Shown: piece by piece, positions 1 through 9,639 of the stretch
How the letters are laid out: the number at the start of each line of letters is the position of its first letter
Numbering within the stretch: the stretch's first letter is position 1
Source: a virus
Taxonomy: Duplodnaviria > Caudoviricetes
Length of the DNA: 40,502 bases
Direction: 5' to 3' (one strand)
IMG/VR virus record: IMGVR_UViG_3300042198_000101
Coordinates: 1-40,502 of that record
Made by a program: the position numbers and the translations under genes
The notes under the pieces: generated by a model
What the model was told of the DNA's origin: nothing
Seen by the model: only the letters and a program-made list of their open reading frames with translations
Databases searched by the model: none

Positions 1-84
1 CTTGTCGGCCCCGTCTCGATCCGCGAGCCGTCCAGCCGGCAGCGCTCCCTTGAATTTCAAGCCCGCCAAGTGATCCGCGTCTGA
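1..84 (+). CDS. 3' end of a tail gene (probably distal tail protein), partial
   Basis: Frame 1 is open from the window edge (LVGPVSIREPSSRQRSLEFQARQVIRV*); its TGA overlaps the next ATG at 84; product inferred from position only. Confidence 0.55.
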   Translation, partial: LVGPVSIREPSSRQRSLEFQARQVIRV

Positions 85-773
85 TGCCCCTTCCTCTCAC
101 AACCGACACGCGCGACCGGCTCCAGTCGCGGCAGGTAGGCTGCGCCTGGCTGCTTGAGTTGTTCACGGAAAGCGCAGGCGGCTCGCCCGCCTATCTGCGC
201 GGGTGGGACAAGACCGAGACTATCAACTACGATAGCGTTGATTTTGAACCCCTGGGCGATGCGTGGGGCATATCGGGCGAGATCAGGGCGGGGGCCGATC
301 TTGTGGCCGAGCCGCTGACCATCTGGTTCGATGGCTCCAAGCAACTCGACGATGCGTCCTTCGTGGGGCGGCTGCTAGATCGGCGCTGGCATCAACGCAA
401 GGTGCGCGTGCGGCAGTTGCTGATGACATCGGGATCAAACTTCACGGTCGCCGTAGGCGTCGCGCTGGACTGGCGCGGCTTCATGGACCGGATTGAGACG
501 CCCGAGGGCGATGACGGCCCATCGCGCGTGATCCTGACGTGCGAAAGCGGAACCTTCCGGGCGCGGGCCCGCAACATGACAACGGTGACGGACATGGATC
601 AGAAACGGCGCGACGCCACCGACGCCAGTTTCCGCAACATTGCGACGAAGCCGTTTCAGTCAGTCCCGTTCGGCACGGACTGGAGCAACATTCCCGGCGT
701 GCGGACGGGCGGCGGCGGGGCTGGCCAGGGCGCGCCAGGCGGCGCAGGCGGGAACAGGTTCAACAAGGTCTGA
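84..773 (+). CDS. Tail tip / hub-associated protein (DUF2163-like)
   Basis: 229 aa, WRGFMD and TDMDQKRR motifs, lies directly before the NlpC-like and gpJ-like genes, TGATG coupling at both ends. Confidence 0.7.
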   Translation: MPLPLTTDTRDRLQSRQVGCAWLLELFTESAGGSPAYLRGWDKTETINYDSVDFEPLGDAWGISGEIRAGADLVAEPLTIWFDGSKQLDDASFVGRLLDRRWHQRKVRVRQLLMTSGSNFTVAVGVALDWRGFMDRIETPEGDDGPSRVILTCESGTFRARARNMTTVTDMDQKRRDATDASFRNIATKPFQSVPFGTDWSNIPGVRTGGGGAGQGAPGGAGGNRFNKV

Positions 774-1177
774 TGCGCATCCGGGGATGGGAACAGGCGC
801 TCGCGGCGTTCACGCGCGCGCACATGCGCACGACTTACGAATGGGGGCGGCATGACTGCGCGCTGTTTGCCGCAGGGGCCGTCGCCTCAATTACGGGCGT
901 GGATTTTGCCACGGACTTCAGGGGCGCTTATGACGACGAGGAAGGAGCAAGGCGTGTGCTGGCATCGATCGGCTGCGCTGATGTGGGCGACCTTGCGTCG
1001 CGCTATCTGCCAGAGATCGCGCCAGCAGAGGCTCGCCGCGGTGATATCGTTCTGATCGACGGGGTGCGCGGCATGTTCCTCGCTGTCGTCGATGGCAGGA
1101 CCGCCGTGGGGCCGACCGTGCGCGGCCTGTCGCATACCCCGCTCAACCTTGCCCTTCGCGCCTGGGCGGTTGGCTGA
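773..1177 (+). CDS. NlpC/P60-like tail-associated protein (DUF6950-like)
   Basis: Likely start is ATG 773 overlapping the upstream stop; YEWGRHDCALFAA catalytic-Cys motif and ARRGDIV motif. Confidence 0.8.
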   Translation: MRIRGWEQALAAFTRAHMRTTYEWGRHDCALFAAGAVASITGVDFATDFRGAYDDEEGARRVLASIGCADVGDLASRYLPEIAPAEARRGDIVLIDGVRGMFLAVVDGRTAVGPTVRGLSHTPLNLALRAWAVG

Positions 1178-4100
1178 TGGCTGAAGCCGCCGCCGCATTC
1201 GTCGTCAAGGGGCTTGCCCTCAAGGGCGCCGAGGCCGCCGTCGTGGCCGCCATCGTCGAGGTCGCCGTCAACGCCGCCATCTATGCCGGCGTCAACGCTA
1301 TCGCGCGGCAGAACAGCGAGGAGAAGCAACAGGGCGGGCTGATTGACCTGCAGTTGAACAGCGCGGCGCCGCGCCAACTGGTGATTGGCAAGCGCATGAC
1401 AGGCGGCGTGCTGGTCGATTGGTATCTGGCCGGCAATAACAACACCAAGCTGTACCTGCCGGTCTATCTCTCGGAAGGCCCGTGCGGGCAGGTGACGAAA
1501 GTCTATGCCGATGGGCGGTTGGTCTGGTCGACGCCCCTCGTGCACGGCGTTCGCACCACCATTCCCGACTTCCGGTCGGGCGGCGATCGCCTCTGGTTGA
1601 CCTATTACGATGGCCGGGTCGGCCAGACGGCAGACGCCACGCTGGTCGGGTTGTCACAAGGCTGGACCAGCGCCAACAAGATGACGGGCTGCGCCTGGGT
1701 GCTCATTGAATGCCAGTGGGACAGCGACAACATGCGTTCCCCGCCCTCTCTCTCGTTCGAGATGGAAGGCGCGAAACTCTACGACCGGCGCAAGGACACC
1801 ACGGCGGGAGGTTCGGGCTCGCATCGCCTGAGCGATCCGGCCACGTGGGAGTTCAGCGATAACCCTGCCGTGGCGCTCGACCACTTCTTGCTTGGTCGCT
1901 ACTGGTCCGGCGCGCGAACGTTTGGCATCGGCCTTTCGGCGGACGAGGTTCCCTACAGCTATTTTGCTGCCCAGGCCAATGTCTGCGACGAAGACGTGAC
2001 GCTGAAGGCAGGCGGCACGCAGAAGCGCTACCGGGCGAATGGGTTTATCTTCGCGAATGAAGACTATGCGACCACCATCACGAAGCTCTGCACGGCCATG
2101 GCCGCGCGGCCTGCCGACTTTGGCGGCCGGTTCGGCGTCGTCGGCGTCGAAAGCAAGACCCCGGTCCTGACCATTGACGACGCTGACCTGATCGCGGGCG
2201 TGCAAGAGGTCTACACGCCCAAGCGTTCGTGGAGCGAGCTGGTTGGATCGGTCGAGGGGCGGTTTCAAGACCCGGCGCAGCTTTACCAGCCGACGCCCTA
2301 TCCTACCGTCACCGATGCGACCTGGGAGGCTGAAGACGGCGGCGAACCCAAGCTGATGACGCTCGACCTGGAAATGGAAACCAACGTTGAGCGTGCACAG
2401 CGGCTGGCCTTGCTCAAGGCCCGCGCCGAGCGCCGGCAGGCGACGCTTCGCGGCGTCTATCCGCTCTGGGCTGTGGAGCTTGAGCGCGGCGACTGGTTCA
2501 TCCGCACCGGCGACAAGTGGGGCGAGGACGGCAAGACGTTCGAAGTGATCGAGCGCATGCTTGATCTGGCAAGCTACACCGTCACCATCGTCTCGCAAGA
2601 AGTCGACCCTGCCGATAGCGCTTGGGATGAAAGTACGGCCAGCGATGGCCCACCCGCCCCGCTGGATCCGACCGATACGCTGTCATCCGTTAGCGCTCCG
2701 TCGCTGACCGTCACCAGCAACCCAATTGTGGGCGCGGCGTCCAACACGCCGGCAATCAAGGTTGCGTTTACAAACCCGACCGATCCGCGCGTGCAAACCC
2801 TTTTCGTTGAGGTCTATCGCGATAGCGATGGCCTCAAGGTGGCGACCGTTCCCGTTACCATCCCTGACGACGATGAAGAGGTCATCATTCAGAACGGCAT
2901 CGCTGATGGCGTGCTGTATGATGTGCGCGCCAAGTTCCTGACGCCCGGCCTTTCGTCGGCCTGGTCGACGACCGTCAGCGCGACGACCGGCGCGACATAC
3001 GCGACAGGAAGCGCGACTAGCGTCCCGTGGTCTGGCGTCACGGACAGCGGCGGCAAGCCTGACGATAACGCCGACGTCACGGCGGCGAACACGGCAGCCG
3101 CGATCGCCGGTCAGGGAGCGTTGGCGACACAGTCTCAAGTCAACCTTGGCGCGTCTGGCCGTGTCTATCGCGATGACGGCGTCACTCGCTTGACCGATGC
3201 CCTGGCTGTCACATCGCTGGGAACAGCTGCGGCGATTTCGGGTCAAGGTGCGCTCGCTACTCTCAGCAATGTGGCGGGGCAATACCTGGCCGCGGGTGTC
3301 GGAAAAAATGCCCTGATCGATACGGAATTTCGATACCTCACTGCTAACTGGCGCTCGACCGCGCAAAGCGGCAGCGTTTCGTCGGCCGTCAACACGTCGA
3401 CGAATGGCATCCGCCGCCTGTCCCTTACGGGGTCCGGCGTCACGGTCGGGCACTGGCTGCAACTCGACACGCTCCCGCAATTCAACAGTTTCCCCTGTCT
3501 TCCCGGCGATTGGGTCGAGGGCTCGGCCTACGTTGGCGGCTCCAACATTTCGTCGACTTCGCTGTTCCTAGACTTCCGCGACGCAGCCGGGGCAAACACC
3601 GGATACAGCACGTTCCCCGCCGACGCATCGCCAACGGCGGGCAGCGGCGAACTGACGACATTCGAACGCCTGTCCGTTATCGCGCAAGCGCCGGCCAACA
3701 CGGTCAAGGCGTATCTTTGCGTCAGGGGCATCGCTTCAACGGCCGCCCCGGTTCTCAGCGTCACCAAGCCTTACTTGGGCCGCGCGCTACAGGGTCAGAC
3801 GGAAGCGACGCCTTGGAACACCGGCTTCGATGGAGAGTCCGGCGCGAACGTCACAGAAAGCCGAACCGCGGCTGCAATTACGGGGCAGGGAGCGCTGGCG
3901 ACCAAGGCGACGATCGACAGCAGCGGCCTCGTCGGCTCTGGCGTCATCGTCTACACCGCTCTTGCGTCCACCGCTGTTCGTCTCGGAACCAATATCACCC
4001 GAAACGACGGGACAACTTCGCTGACCGATGCGCTGGCTGTCACCAGCCTCGGAACGGCTGCGGCCATCGCTTCGCAAGGGGCGCTCGCCACGCGCAGCAC

Positions 4101-6315
4101 GGTGCTCGCTTCCCACACCACCGAATACGACACCTCCAACATGGTGCTCGACAGCGAACTGCTCGACAGCAGCTACTGGACGGTAGGCGCCGGCTGGGTG
4201 TTCGCGTCAACTGACAGCCCTGAAGTCGTCACCACGCTGGCCGCCAATCGCGCCATCAAGTCAGTGGTTGGCAATGGAACGACATCCCAGGCGGCAAGCG
4301 CCACCGATACCGGGACCAGTCAGTATATCGGAGTAGAGGCGGACGCGAGCTATCGGCTAAGCGGCAAGGTGCTGAATAAATCAGGATTTACAGGGCGCGC
4401 TCGCCTTGGCGTCGTCTGGTATGACGCAACAAAAACGCTGATTTCAATTTCCTACGTGTTCGGGAACAACTACACCGCGGCTGCGGCGGGAAGCGATGTT
4501 GTTCAGACCATCACCGGCGTCGTGAAAGCGCCGTCAACCGCCGTTTATGCCCGCTTCCGCACGCTGGTCGAATGGTCAACCACGCTTGCCAATGCGCAGC
4601 GGGCCTACTTCGCCAACCTGCGCATGTCTCGCGCGCCGCAGCTTGGAAACCACATGGTGCGCGAGGATGGCGCAACCTTGCTGACTGACGCCAGTGCGGT
4701 CACCGCGCTCGGGACGGCTGCTGCCATTACTGGTCAGGGGACGGGTGCAACTGCAAGCAGCCTTGCCGGCTTAAATGCTACCGATAACGCAAACCTGAGT
4801 GCTTCCCTGGCAAGCGCAAAGCGCTTGATTGTTTCTGACTTCTCGGGCGATGCGCGCCATTGGACGACCGCGTTCGGCGGATCGCCGGACACAATTGCCG
4901 ATCCAACCGCGGATGGCTATTTCGACGTTGCCAACATTGGGCGCGTGATCCGCATCACGCCGACGCAGTATCTGCAGCCGAAGGGCATCATGAAGCCGCT
5001 GCAAGGGCGGCGCTACCTGCAGGTTGTTCGCCTGCGCGCCCAGACTGATCCGTCGTCGGGGCAAATCAACGTCTCGATCGCCAACATTAACGGACTATCT
5101 GCAAGTTACGTTCACGGTGCGGCAACATCGACAAGCGCGACGCCGGTCAACGCGATCAGCAGCAAGAGCGCGCTAGTTGTCGCCGATGGGTGGGTGACGC
5201 TGGCGCTGATATGGACGGCGGGCGCGCCATCGACCTACGATGCCTTTTGGCGCTTCCGTGTCGACCTTGTGCAGACAGGATCGGGAGGAAAGGTCGAGGT
5301 CGCCGCGTTTAACGTCTTTGACGTAACCGACATTCCGGTTGGGCGCGCTCTGACAGAACTATTCCGCGCGGATGGATCAACGGCGCTGACTGATGCGTCG
5401 GTCATTACGTCACTTGGAACTGCATCCGCCATCACAAGCCAGGGGGCGCTTGCTACCCTCGGCCAGGTCAACCTGGGAGCCAGCGGCAGGGTCTACCGCG
5501 ACGACGGGACAACCCGGCTAACAGACGCGCTGGCCGTTACGGCGCTCGGCACAGCAGCGGCAATCGCTTCGCAGGGTGGCCTTGCAACGCTGAGCTTTGT
5601 ACAACTTAACTCGAATGTCCGACTGCAGGACGGCACGACCATCATTACTGACGCCATCGTCGTCACAGCCAGCGGCACGGCGGCAGGGATCGCGGGGCAG
5701 GGGAACTTCGCGACGGTCAACTTCTATCGGCAATCAAGCGCGCCGTCTTCGCCGCAGGAAGGCTGGTGGTGGGTCGATACAACAAATGGCCTGCTGAAGC
5801 TCTACACGGGAGGTGCGTGGCAGACGATCGCCGACATCACGTCGGCTGCGACGGTCGCCGCTGCTGTGGCCGAGAACGTGTTCACGAAAAGCGCCAATGT
5901 CGGCGGCTTCACGACATCGGGAACGACGATCGCCACGCTTGCGACCATCGACGTCAACAACGTGCCGGCGTCTGGCTTCCTGAAATTGCTTAACGCTTAT
6001 CTGCCGGTTGGCTCTTACACGTTGAGCGCGGGCACGACTTGGGACGGTCAATTGATCGTCACCGAACAACTGCAGTCAGGCGGAACTGAATACACGCTGC
6101 ATACGATCTCCGTTCAACTCGACACGGGCTTGCTGGGCTTCACGTATGAAGGCGGCAATGATCCGGGGTTTATCTATCCGAAAAATCCGGTGGCGCAGAA
6201 CGTATCCGGCAACTCGCGTTATCGCCTTAAGCTGCAGCGCACGAGTGGGACCAACAACATCAACGCCTCGCCGGCATCGGGCGGTCTTTTCCAGATCGAA
6301 CGGACGCCGGGATAA
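1177..6315 (+). CDS. Tail tip / central fibre (gpJ-like N-terminus) with repeat-spaced putative carbohydrate-binding domains
   Basis: 1712 aa; N-terminal GAKLYDRRKDTTAGGSGSHR...WEFSDNPA and QANVCDE motifs typical of tail-tip proteins; FN3-like segment; C-terminal repeats. Confidence 0.85.
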   Translation: MAEAAAAFVVKGLALKGAEAAVVAAIVEVAVNAAIYAGVNAIARQNSEEKQQGGLIDLQLNSAAPRQLVIGKRMTGGVLVDWYLAGNNNTKLYLPVYLSEGPCGQVTKVYADGRLVWSTPLVHGVRTTIPDFRSGGDRLWLTYYDGRVGQTADATLVGLSQGWTSANKMTGCAWVLIECQWDSDNMRSPPSLSFEMEGAKLYDRRKDTTAGGSGSHRLSDPATWEFSDNPAVALDHFLLGRYWSGARTFGIGLSADEVPYSYFAAQANVCDEDVTLKAGGTQKRYRANGFIFANEDYATTITKLCTAMAARPADFGGRFGVVGVESKTPVLTIDDADLIAGVQEVYTPKRSWSELVGSVEGRFQDPAQLYQPTPYPTVTDATWEAEDGGEPKLMTLDLEMETNVERAQRLALLKARAERRQATLRGVYPLWAVELERGDWFIRTGDKWGEDGKTFEVIERMLDLASYTVTIVSQEVDPADSAWDESTASDGPPAPLDPTDTLSSVSAPSLTVTSNPIVGAASNTPAIKVAFTNPTDPRVQTLFVEVYRDSDGLKVATVPVTIPDDDEEVIIQNGIADGVLYDVRAKFLTPGLSSAWSTTVSATTGATYATGSATSVPWSGVTDSGGKPDDNADVTAANTAAAIAGQGALATQSQVNLGASGRVYRDDGVTRLTDALAVTSLGTAAAISGQGALATLSNVAGQYLAAGVGKNALIDTEFRYLTANWRSTAQSGSVSSAVNTSTNGIRRLSLTGSGVTVGHWLQLDTLPQFNSFPCLPGDWVEGSAYVGGSNISSTSLFLDFRDAAGANTGYSTFPADASPTAGSGELTTFERLSVIAQAPANTVKAYLCVRGIASTAAPVLSVTKPYLGRALQGQTEATPWNTGFDGESGANVTESRTAAAITGQGALATKATIDSSGLVGSGVIVYTALASTAVRLGTNITRNDGTTSLTDALAVTSLGTAAAIASQGALATRSTVLASHTTEYDTSNMVLDSELLDSSYWTVGAGWVFASTDSPEVVTTLAANRAIKSVVGNGTTSQAASATDTGTSQYIGVEADASYRLSGKVLNKSGFTGRARLGVVWYDATKTLISISYVFGNNYTAAAAGSDVVQTITGVVKAPSTAVYARFRTLVEWSTTLANAQRAYFANLRMSRAPQLGNHMVREDGATLLTDASAVTALGTAAAITGQGTGATASSLAGLNATDNANLSASLASAKRLIVSDFSGDARHWTTAFGGSPDTIADPTADGYFDVANIGRVIRITPTQYLQPKGIMKPLQGRRYLQVVRLRAQTDPSSGQINVSIANINGLSASYVHGAATSTSATPVNAISSKSALVVADGWVTLALIWTAGAPSTYDAFWRFRVDLVQTGSGGKVEVAAFNVFDVTDIPVGRALTELFRADGSTALTDASVITSLGTASAITSQGALATLGQVNLGASGRVYRDDGTTRLTDALAVTALGTAAAIASQGGLATLSFVQLNSNVRLQDGTTIITDAIVVTASGTAAGIAGQGNFATVNFYRQSSAPSSPQEGWWWVDTTNGLLKLYTGGAWQTIADITSAATVAAAVAENVFTKSANVGGFTTSGTTIATLATIDVNNVPASGFLKLLNAYLPVGSYTLSAGTTWDGQLIVTEQLQSGGTEYTLHTISVQLDTGLLGFTYEGGNDPGFIYPKNPVAQNVSGNSRYRLKLQRTSGTNNINASPASGGLFQIERTPG
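3070..5703 (+). repeat. Eight intragenic peptide repeats TA[AS][AG]I[AST][GS]QG, six preceded by R..DG.T..TDA
   Basis: Copies near 3070-3129, 3133-3260, 3844-3903, 3976-4090, 4645-4740, 5356-5457, 5461-5590, 5608-5703; read from the translation. Confidence 0.85.
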
Positions 6316-6761
6316 TGGACGACGTTCCGGTTTATTATGCTTGGCTGGCGTATTGCGCCCAGCTTCGCGATCCCGGCTGCATCGTTCGGGAAATCGGCCC
6401 GTCCGATCTTGCGTGGATCAACGCCGCCATAAATCGCGGCATGACGCCGGTAAACGATGCTGGGCCCGACACCTGGACGCCATTCCCTGCTGATCGGCGG
6501 GGCGACTGTGACGATTACGTGGTGTCGAAGCGGCTTGCGCTTTTTGCGTTAGGCTTCCCCGCAGAGGCCATGACGATCGTCGCCGGCGCGCTCGAAAACG
6601 GCGAGCGGCATCTGGTTCTAGAGGTCACGCTTAACGGCGCGACGTGGGTTCTTGATAACCTTGTGACTGATGAAATCTACCGCCCCGGAAAGCAGCCCTA
6701 CGGCTGGCGGGAGATAGCGCGACAGCCCGTAACGGGCGCAATCTGGAGAAAGCCGAAATGA
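6315..6761 (+). CDS. Bacterial transglutaminase-like cysteine protease (BTLCP / peptidase C93, LapG family)
   Basis: GDCDDYVVSKR (Cys), HLVL (His), WVLDN (Asp) triad; N-terminal YC...C pair; no hydrophobic signal peptide. Confidence 0.85.
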   Translation: MDDVPVYYAWLAYCAQLRDPGCIVREIGPSDLAWINAAINRGMTPVNDAGPDTWTPFPADRRGDCDDYVVSKRLALFALGFPAEAMTIVAGALENGERHLVLEVTLNGATWVLDNLVTDEIYRPGKQPYGWREIARQPVTGAIWRKPK

Positions 6762-7042
6762 GCTACCCGACAGAACTGATCCCAACGGCGAACGGGGTGC
6801 AGAGCTACACCACGCCGCCGGAGGATGTTGCGGACGCCTATCAGGCCGCGTCGCTGAAGGCATCGCCCGTTGACAAGATTGTGGGTGCGTTCGACGCACT
6901 GAAAAACCAGATCGAGGCGCTGGACGCCGAAGGCTTGGCCGTCCTTGCATCCTGCGCCCAGCAAATCGTCATTAACGGCTTCCACGGCAAGGGCGCCGAG
7001 GCCCTGACCGTTCGCGATGCTGCCATCGCTGCGATGGCGTAG
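6758..7042 (+). CDS. Hypothetical protein, 94 aa
   Basis: ATGA-coupled to the upstream gene; helical, Ala-rich. Confidence 0.7.
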   Translation: MSYPTELIPTANGVQSYTTPPEDVADAYQAASLKASPVDKIVGAFDALKNQIEALDAEGLAVLASCAQQIVINGFHGKGAEALTVRDAAIAAMA

Positions 7043-7047
7043 CGCAC

Positions 7048-7734
7048 ATGGCCGGGCAAGTTCGTGATCGGGTCGCCGCTGCGCGGCGTGTAAGTGAGCT
7101 TGTCCGGCTTCGCGCGCTCAAAACCGATCGGCTGACACAACAGGACTATCGCGACGCCGGATCGCGCCATGGCATCGAGCCTGCCGCCCTGCATGCCTTC
7201 GCCGATATTGAAAGCAACGGCGCAGGCTTTGGTCCCGATGGGCGCGCGGTTATCCTGTTTGAGCCGCACATTTTCAGCCGGGACACGCGTGGCCAGTGGG
7301 ACGGCTATGCGCCGGCCGGCATGGTCCTGTCCTATCCGAAATGGTGTCCGCCGGGGAAACGACCGCCGGGCTGCGACTTCCATCCCTATCAGCTGGATCA
7401 GGGCGGACGCTGGGCGCTTCTGGCTTTCGCAGCCGAACTGGATTTTGAGGCCGCGCTGAAGGCGTGCAGCTGGGGATCGTTTCAGATCCTCGGGAAAAAC
7501 CACGCCGTCATCGGCTACCCGACCGCCTGGCATATGGTTGTCGCATTCCACGCGGGCGAGCATGCGCACCTTGACGCCGCCGTGGCCTTTCTCGCCGCGA
7601 ACGATGTGCTTGGCGCTGCGCGTCGGGGCCAGTGGGAGCACGTGATCACGGTCTGGAACGGGCCGGGGCAGGTGAAACTTTACCTGCGGAAATTTTTGGA
7701 ACGCCTCGCCGAGAGGAGAAAAGCATATGCTTGA
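7048..7734 (+). CDS. Endolysin, N-acetylmuramidase (DUF3380-like)
   Basis: IESNGAGF, ILFEPHIF and SWGSFQILGKNH motifs. Confidence 0.9.
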   Translation: MAGQVRDRVAAARRVSELVRLRALKTDRLTQQDYRDAGSRHGIEPAALHAFADIESNGAGFGPDGRAVILFEPHIFSRDTRGQWDGYAPAGMVLSYPKWCPPGKRPPGCDFHPYQLDQGGRWALLAFAAELDFEAALKACSWGSFQILGKNHAVIGYPTAWHMVVAFHAGEHAHLDAAVAFLAANDVLGAARRGQWEHVITVWNGPGQVKLYLRKFLERLAERRKAYA

Positions 7735-8173
7735 CTTGAAGATGTTGGGGATGGGCGCCGCCGGCGGGGCAATACTCGCGACGATGGTGGCGTGGCCGAT
7801 GGCAGATGCGAGCGGATATAGCCGCGGCGTCAAGACCGTCGCCGATGAGCTAGCTGCAACGAAGCGGGTGGCCAACCGCTTGCTTGCCGAGCGCGACCAG
7901 GCGCGAGCGGAAGTGGACAAGGTCAATTTCGCGATTGCGGCGCAGGTCAAGGAACTGGCCGCGCTGATGAGCGCGGATCAGACGGCGCGGCAGGAAGCGG
8001 CGGCGCGAATGGAGGCGGCGGCCAATGAGGCCGCGAAAGAAGCCAAGCTGGCAGGGCAGCGCGCACTTGCCGCGCGGGAGGTCATCAAGAATGTTGCGGA
8101 TCAATGCGCACGCGCTGGCGTGCCTGACGATGTTGTGCGCGTCCTGCGCGACATCACCGGACCAAGCTCCTGA
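7727..8173 (+). CDS. Rz: Inner-membrane spanin (Rz-like)
   Basis: N-terminal TM followed by an Ala-rich coiled coil and a C-terminal Cys; follows the endolysin. Confidence 0.75.
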   Translation: MLDLKMLGMGAAGGAILATMVAWPMADASGYSRGVKTVADELAATKRVANRLLAERDQARAEVDKVNFAIAAQVKELAALMSADQTARQEAAARMEAAANEAAKEAKLAGQRALAAREVIKNVADQCARAGVPDDVVRVLRDITGPSS

Positions 8174-8390
8174 GTGGGTCAAGGCTGAATGTCCGCCGCC
8201 CTCCGTGGTGGTGGATCGCTCTTTCAAGACGCCGGAACCCGAATGCCTGTCGCGGCTGGCCGCGCTGGAAATCCGGCAAGGCGTGACGTGGGGTGAGCTG
8301 GCCGTGGACGCGGTCAAGGCGAACAAGGATCGCGACACCTGCCTGCAACAGGTCGCGGCGTGGGTAGCAAGTGAAAAAGGGGCTGATTGA
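8091..8390 (+). CDS. Rz1: Outer-membrane spanin lipoprotein (Rz1-like)
   Basis: Starts within the Rz 3' end in another frame; MLRINAHALACLTMLCASC signal/lipobox-like, Pro-rich segment, C-terminal helix. Confidence 0.7.
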   Translation: MLRINAHALACLTMLCASCATSPDQAPEWVKAECPPPSVVVDRSFKTPEPECLSRLAALEIRQGVTWGELAVDAVKANKDRDTCLQQVAAWVASEKGAD

Positions 8391-9358
8391 TGGACGGCAT
8401 GGGGCTTGATCCGACTGCCGCGCGCGCGAGCGCCGGGCATGTGCAGATGACGTGGCAGGCGCGGACGCGCCGCTGGTTCGCGGCCCTGCCTGACCGGCTG
8501 CGCAAATATCTGCCGGTGGCGATCCTCGTCGGCGTCTGGGCGGGCGTGCTTATCTGGGAGATGGCGAACACTATCGATGGTTTCGCGCGCATCTGGCCCG
8601 AGCGCGGCGTTCTCGTCGTCGTGATCGGCATTGTCTGCCCGCTAGGTTTCATGATCGCCTGGCGCTTCGCTGCCGAGGGTTTCCGGGCCAAGCAGTTCAT
8701 GCCTGCGCTGGGCTTCTCGGTGGTCTCCTCGCTCCTCTTTCTGGTGGTGCTTTTCGGGACGTTCTCAAACTTCGTTGCCGAAACGCAGGTCGCGGGCCGC
8801 GAGGCGCGCGAGATCAACGATGATCGGCAAATCCTGCGCGATGCGATCCGGCGGTTGGACCGCGAACTAGTCTCGATGCCGGAACCCGTCTCGCTTGAGG
8901 CTGATCAGGCCTTGCTTGAGGCGCGGCTGGCCGAGGCCGAGGGTTGGGCGATGCCCAACCTTGACGCCGTGGCGCCAGCGGAGGCGGACAAGGACTATCC
9001 CGGCCCTGCCTGCGCTGCGGACCTGAAGCCCCGCCCGCGTTTCCTGTGCAACGAAGCGGCTGCCATCCGTGACGACATCATCCGCGGCGAGGCCATGAAG
9101 GCGGCCAAGGAAGCCAAGCGGATCGAGATCGAGGCGAGGGAGCGGGAACTTGCCGACCTTCAGATCGCGGAAGCAGGTGCGCAATACGACGCGATGGCGG
9201 GCATGCTGGCGCCGGGCGAGCTGGCAGCGGAGGACCGCGAGCGCCTGGCCGACTTCCTGTCGTCCTGGGCGCTGTTGATCATCGCGCTTATCTTCCTGAT
9301 CACGGATGCTATCTTCGGGGATTACCTGCTGGAGCGGCGCGAACGCAAGGAAATCTGA
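8387..9358 (+). CDS. Membrane protein: three N-terminal TMs, coiled coil with two Cys, C-terminal TM
   Basis: 323 aa; hydrophobic segments visible; coupled to Rz1. Confidence 0.75.
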   Translation: MMDGMGLDPTAARASAGHVQMTWQARTRRWFAALPDRLRKYLPVAILVGVWAGVLIWEMANTIDGFARIWPERGVLVVVIGIVCPLGFMIAWRFAAEGFRAKQFMPALGFSVVSSLLFLVVLFGTFSNFVAETQVAGREAREINDDRQILRDAIRRLDRELVSMPEPVSLEADQALLEARLAEAEGWAMPNLDAVAPAEADKDYPGPACAADLKPRPRFLCNEAAAIRDDIIRGEAMKAAKEAKRIEIEARERELADLQIAEAGAQYDAMAGMLAPGELAAEDRERLADFLSSWALLIIALIFLITDAIFGDYLLERRERKEI

Positions 9359-9360
9359 CA

Positions 9361-9639
9361 ATGGATCACCTGCTAATGATTGTTCTGGGCTGCGCCGCGA
9401 TCGGCGCATGGGTGCATGCGATGCGCAGGAAGGGTACGCCCTTCCCGTGGAAGGTCGCCGCGCCTTTCGGTGTCGTCATCTTGCTGGTTTACGTGCTGCT
9501 TGAGGCGATGCGCTCGCGCGGAATGTGGATTAGCGGGGAGGCGCAGGCGGGCTGGCCGGTGATCATCGCCGCAGGCTTCGGGTTCACGGTTGCGACCGGG
9601 GCCTTTGACGAGAAACCCAAGGCGCAGGCGCGCCGATGA
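9361..9639 (+). CDS. Small 3-TM membrane protein, holin candidate
   Basis: 92 aa, three hydrophobic stretches, basic C-terminus KPKAQARR. Confidence 0.6.
   Translation: MDHLLMIVLGCAAIGAWVHAMRRKGTPFPWKVAAPFGVVILLVYVLLEAMRSRGMWISGEAQAGWPVIIAAGFGFTVATGAFDEKPKAQARR

Noticed and set aside
3133-5590. Diversity-generating retroelement TR/VR pair in the tail fibre
   Set aside because: Both copies are coding, differences are mostly synonymous and not adenine-specific, and no RT is present
6841-7950. Long antisense ORFs (also 1654-2598, 12716-13690, 18843-19904, 31531-32550)
   Set aside because: Shadow frames of well-supported genes, expected in GC-rich DNA; no motifs or SD
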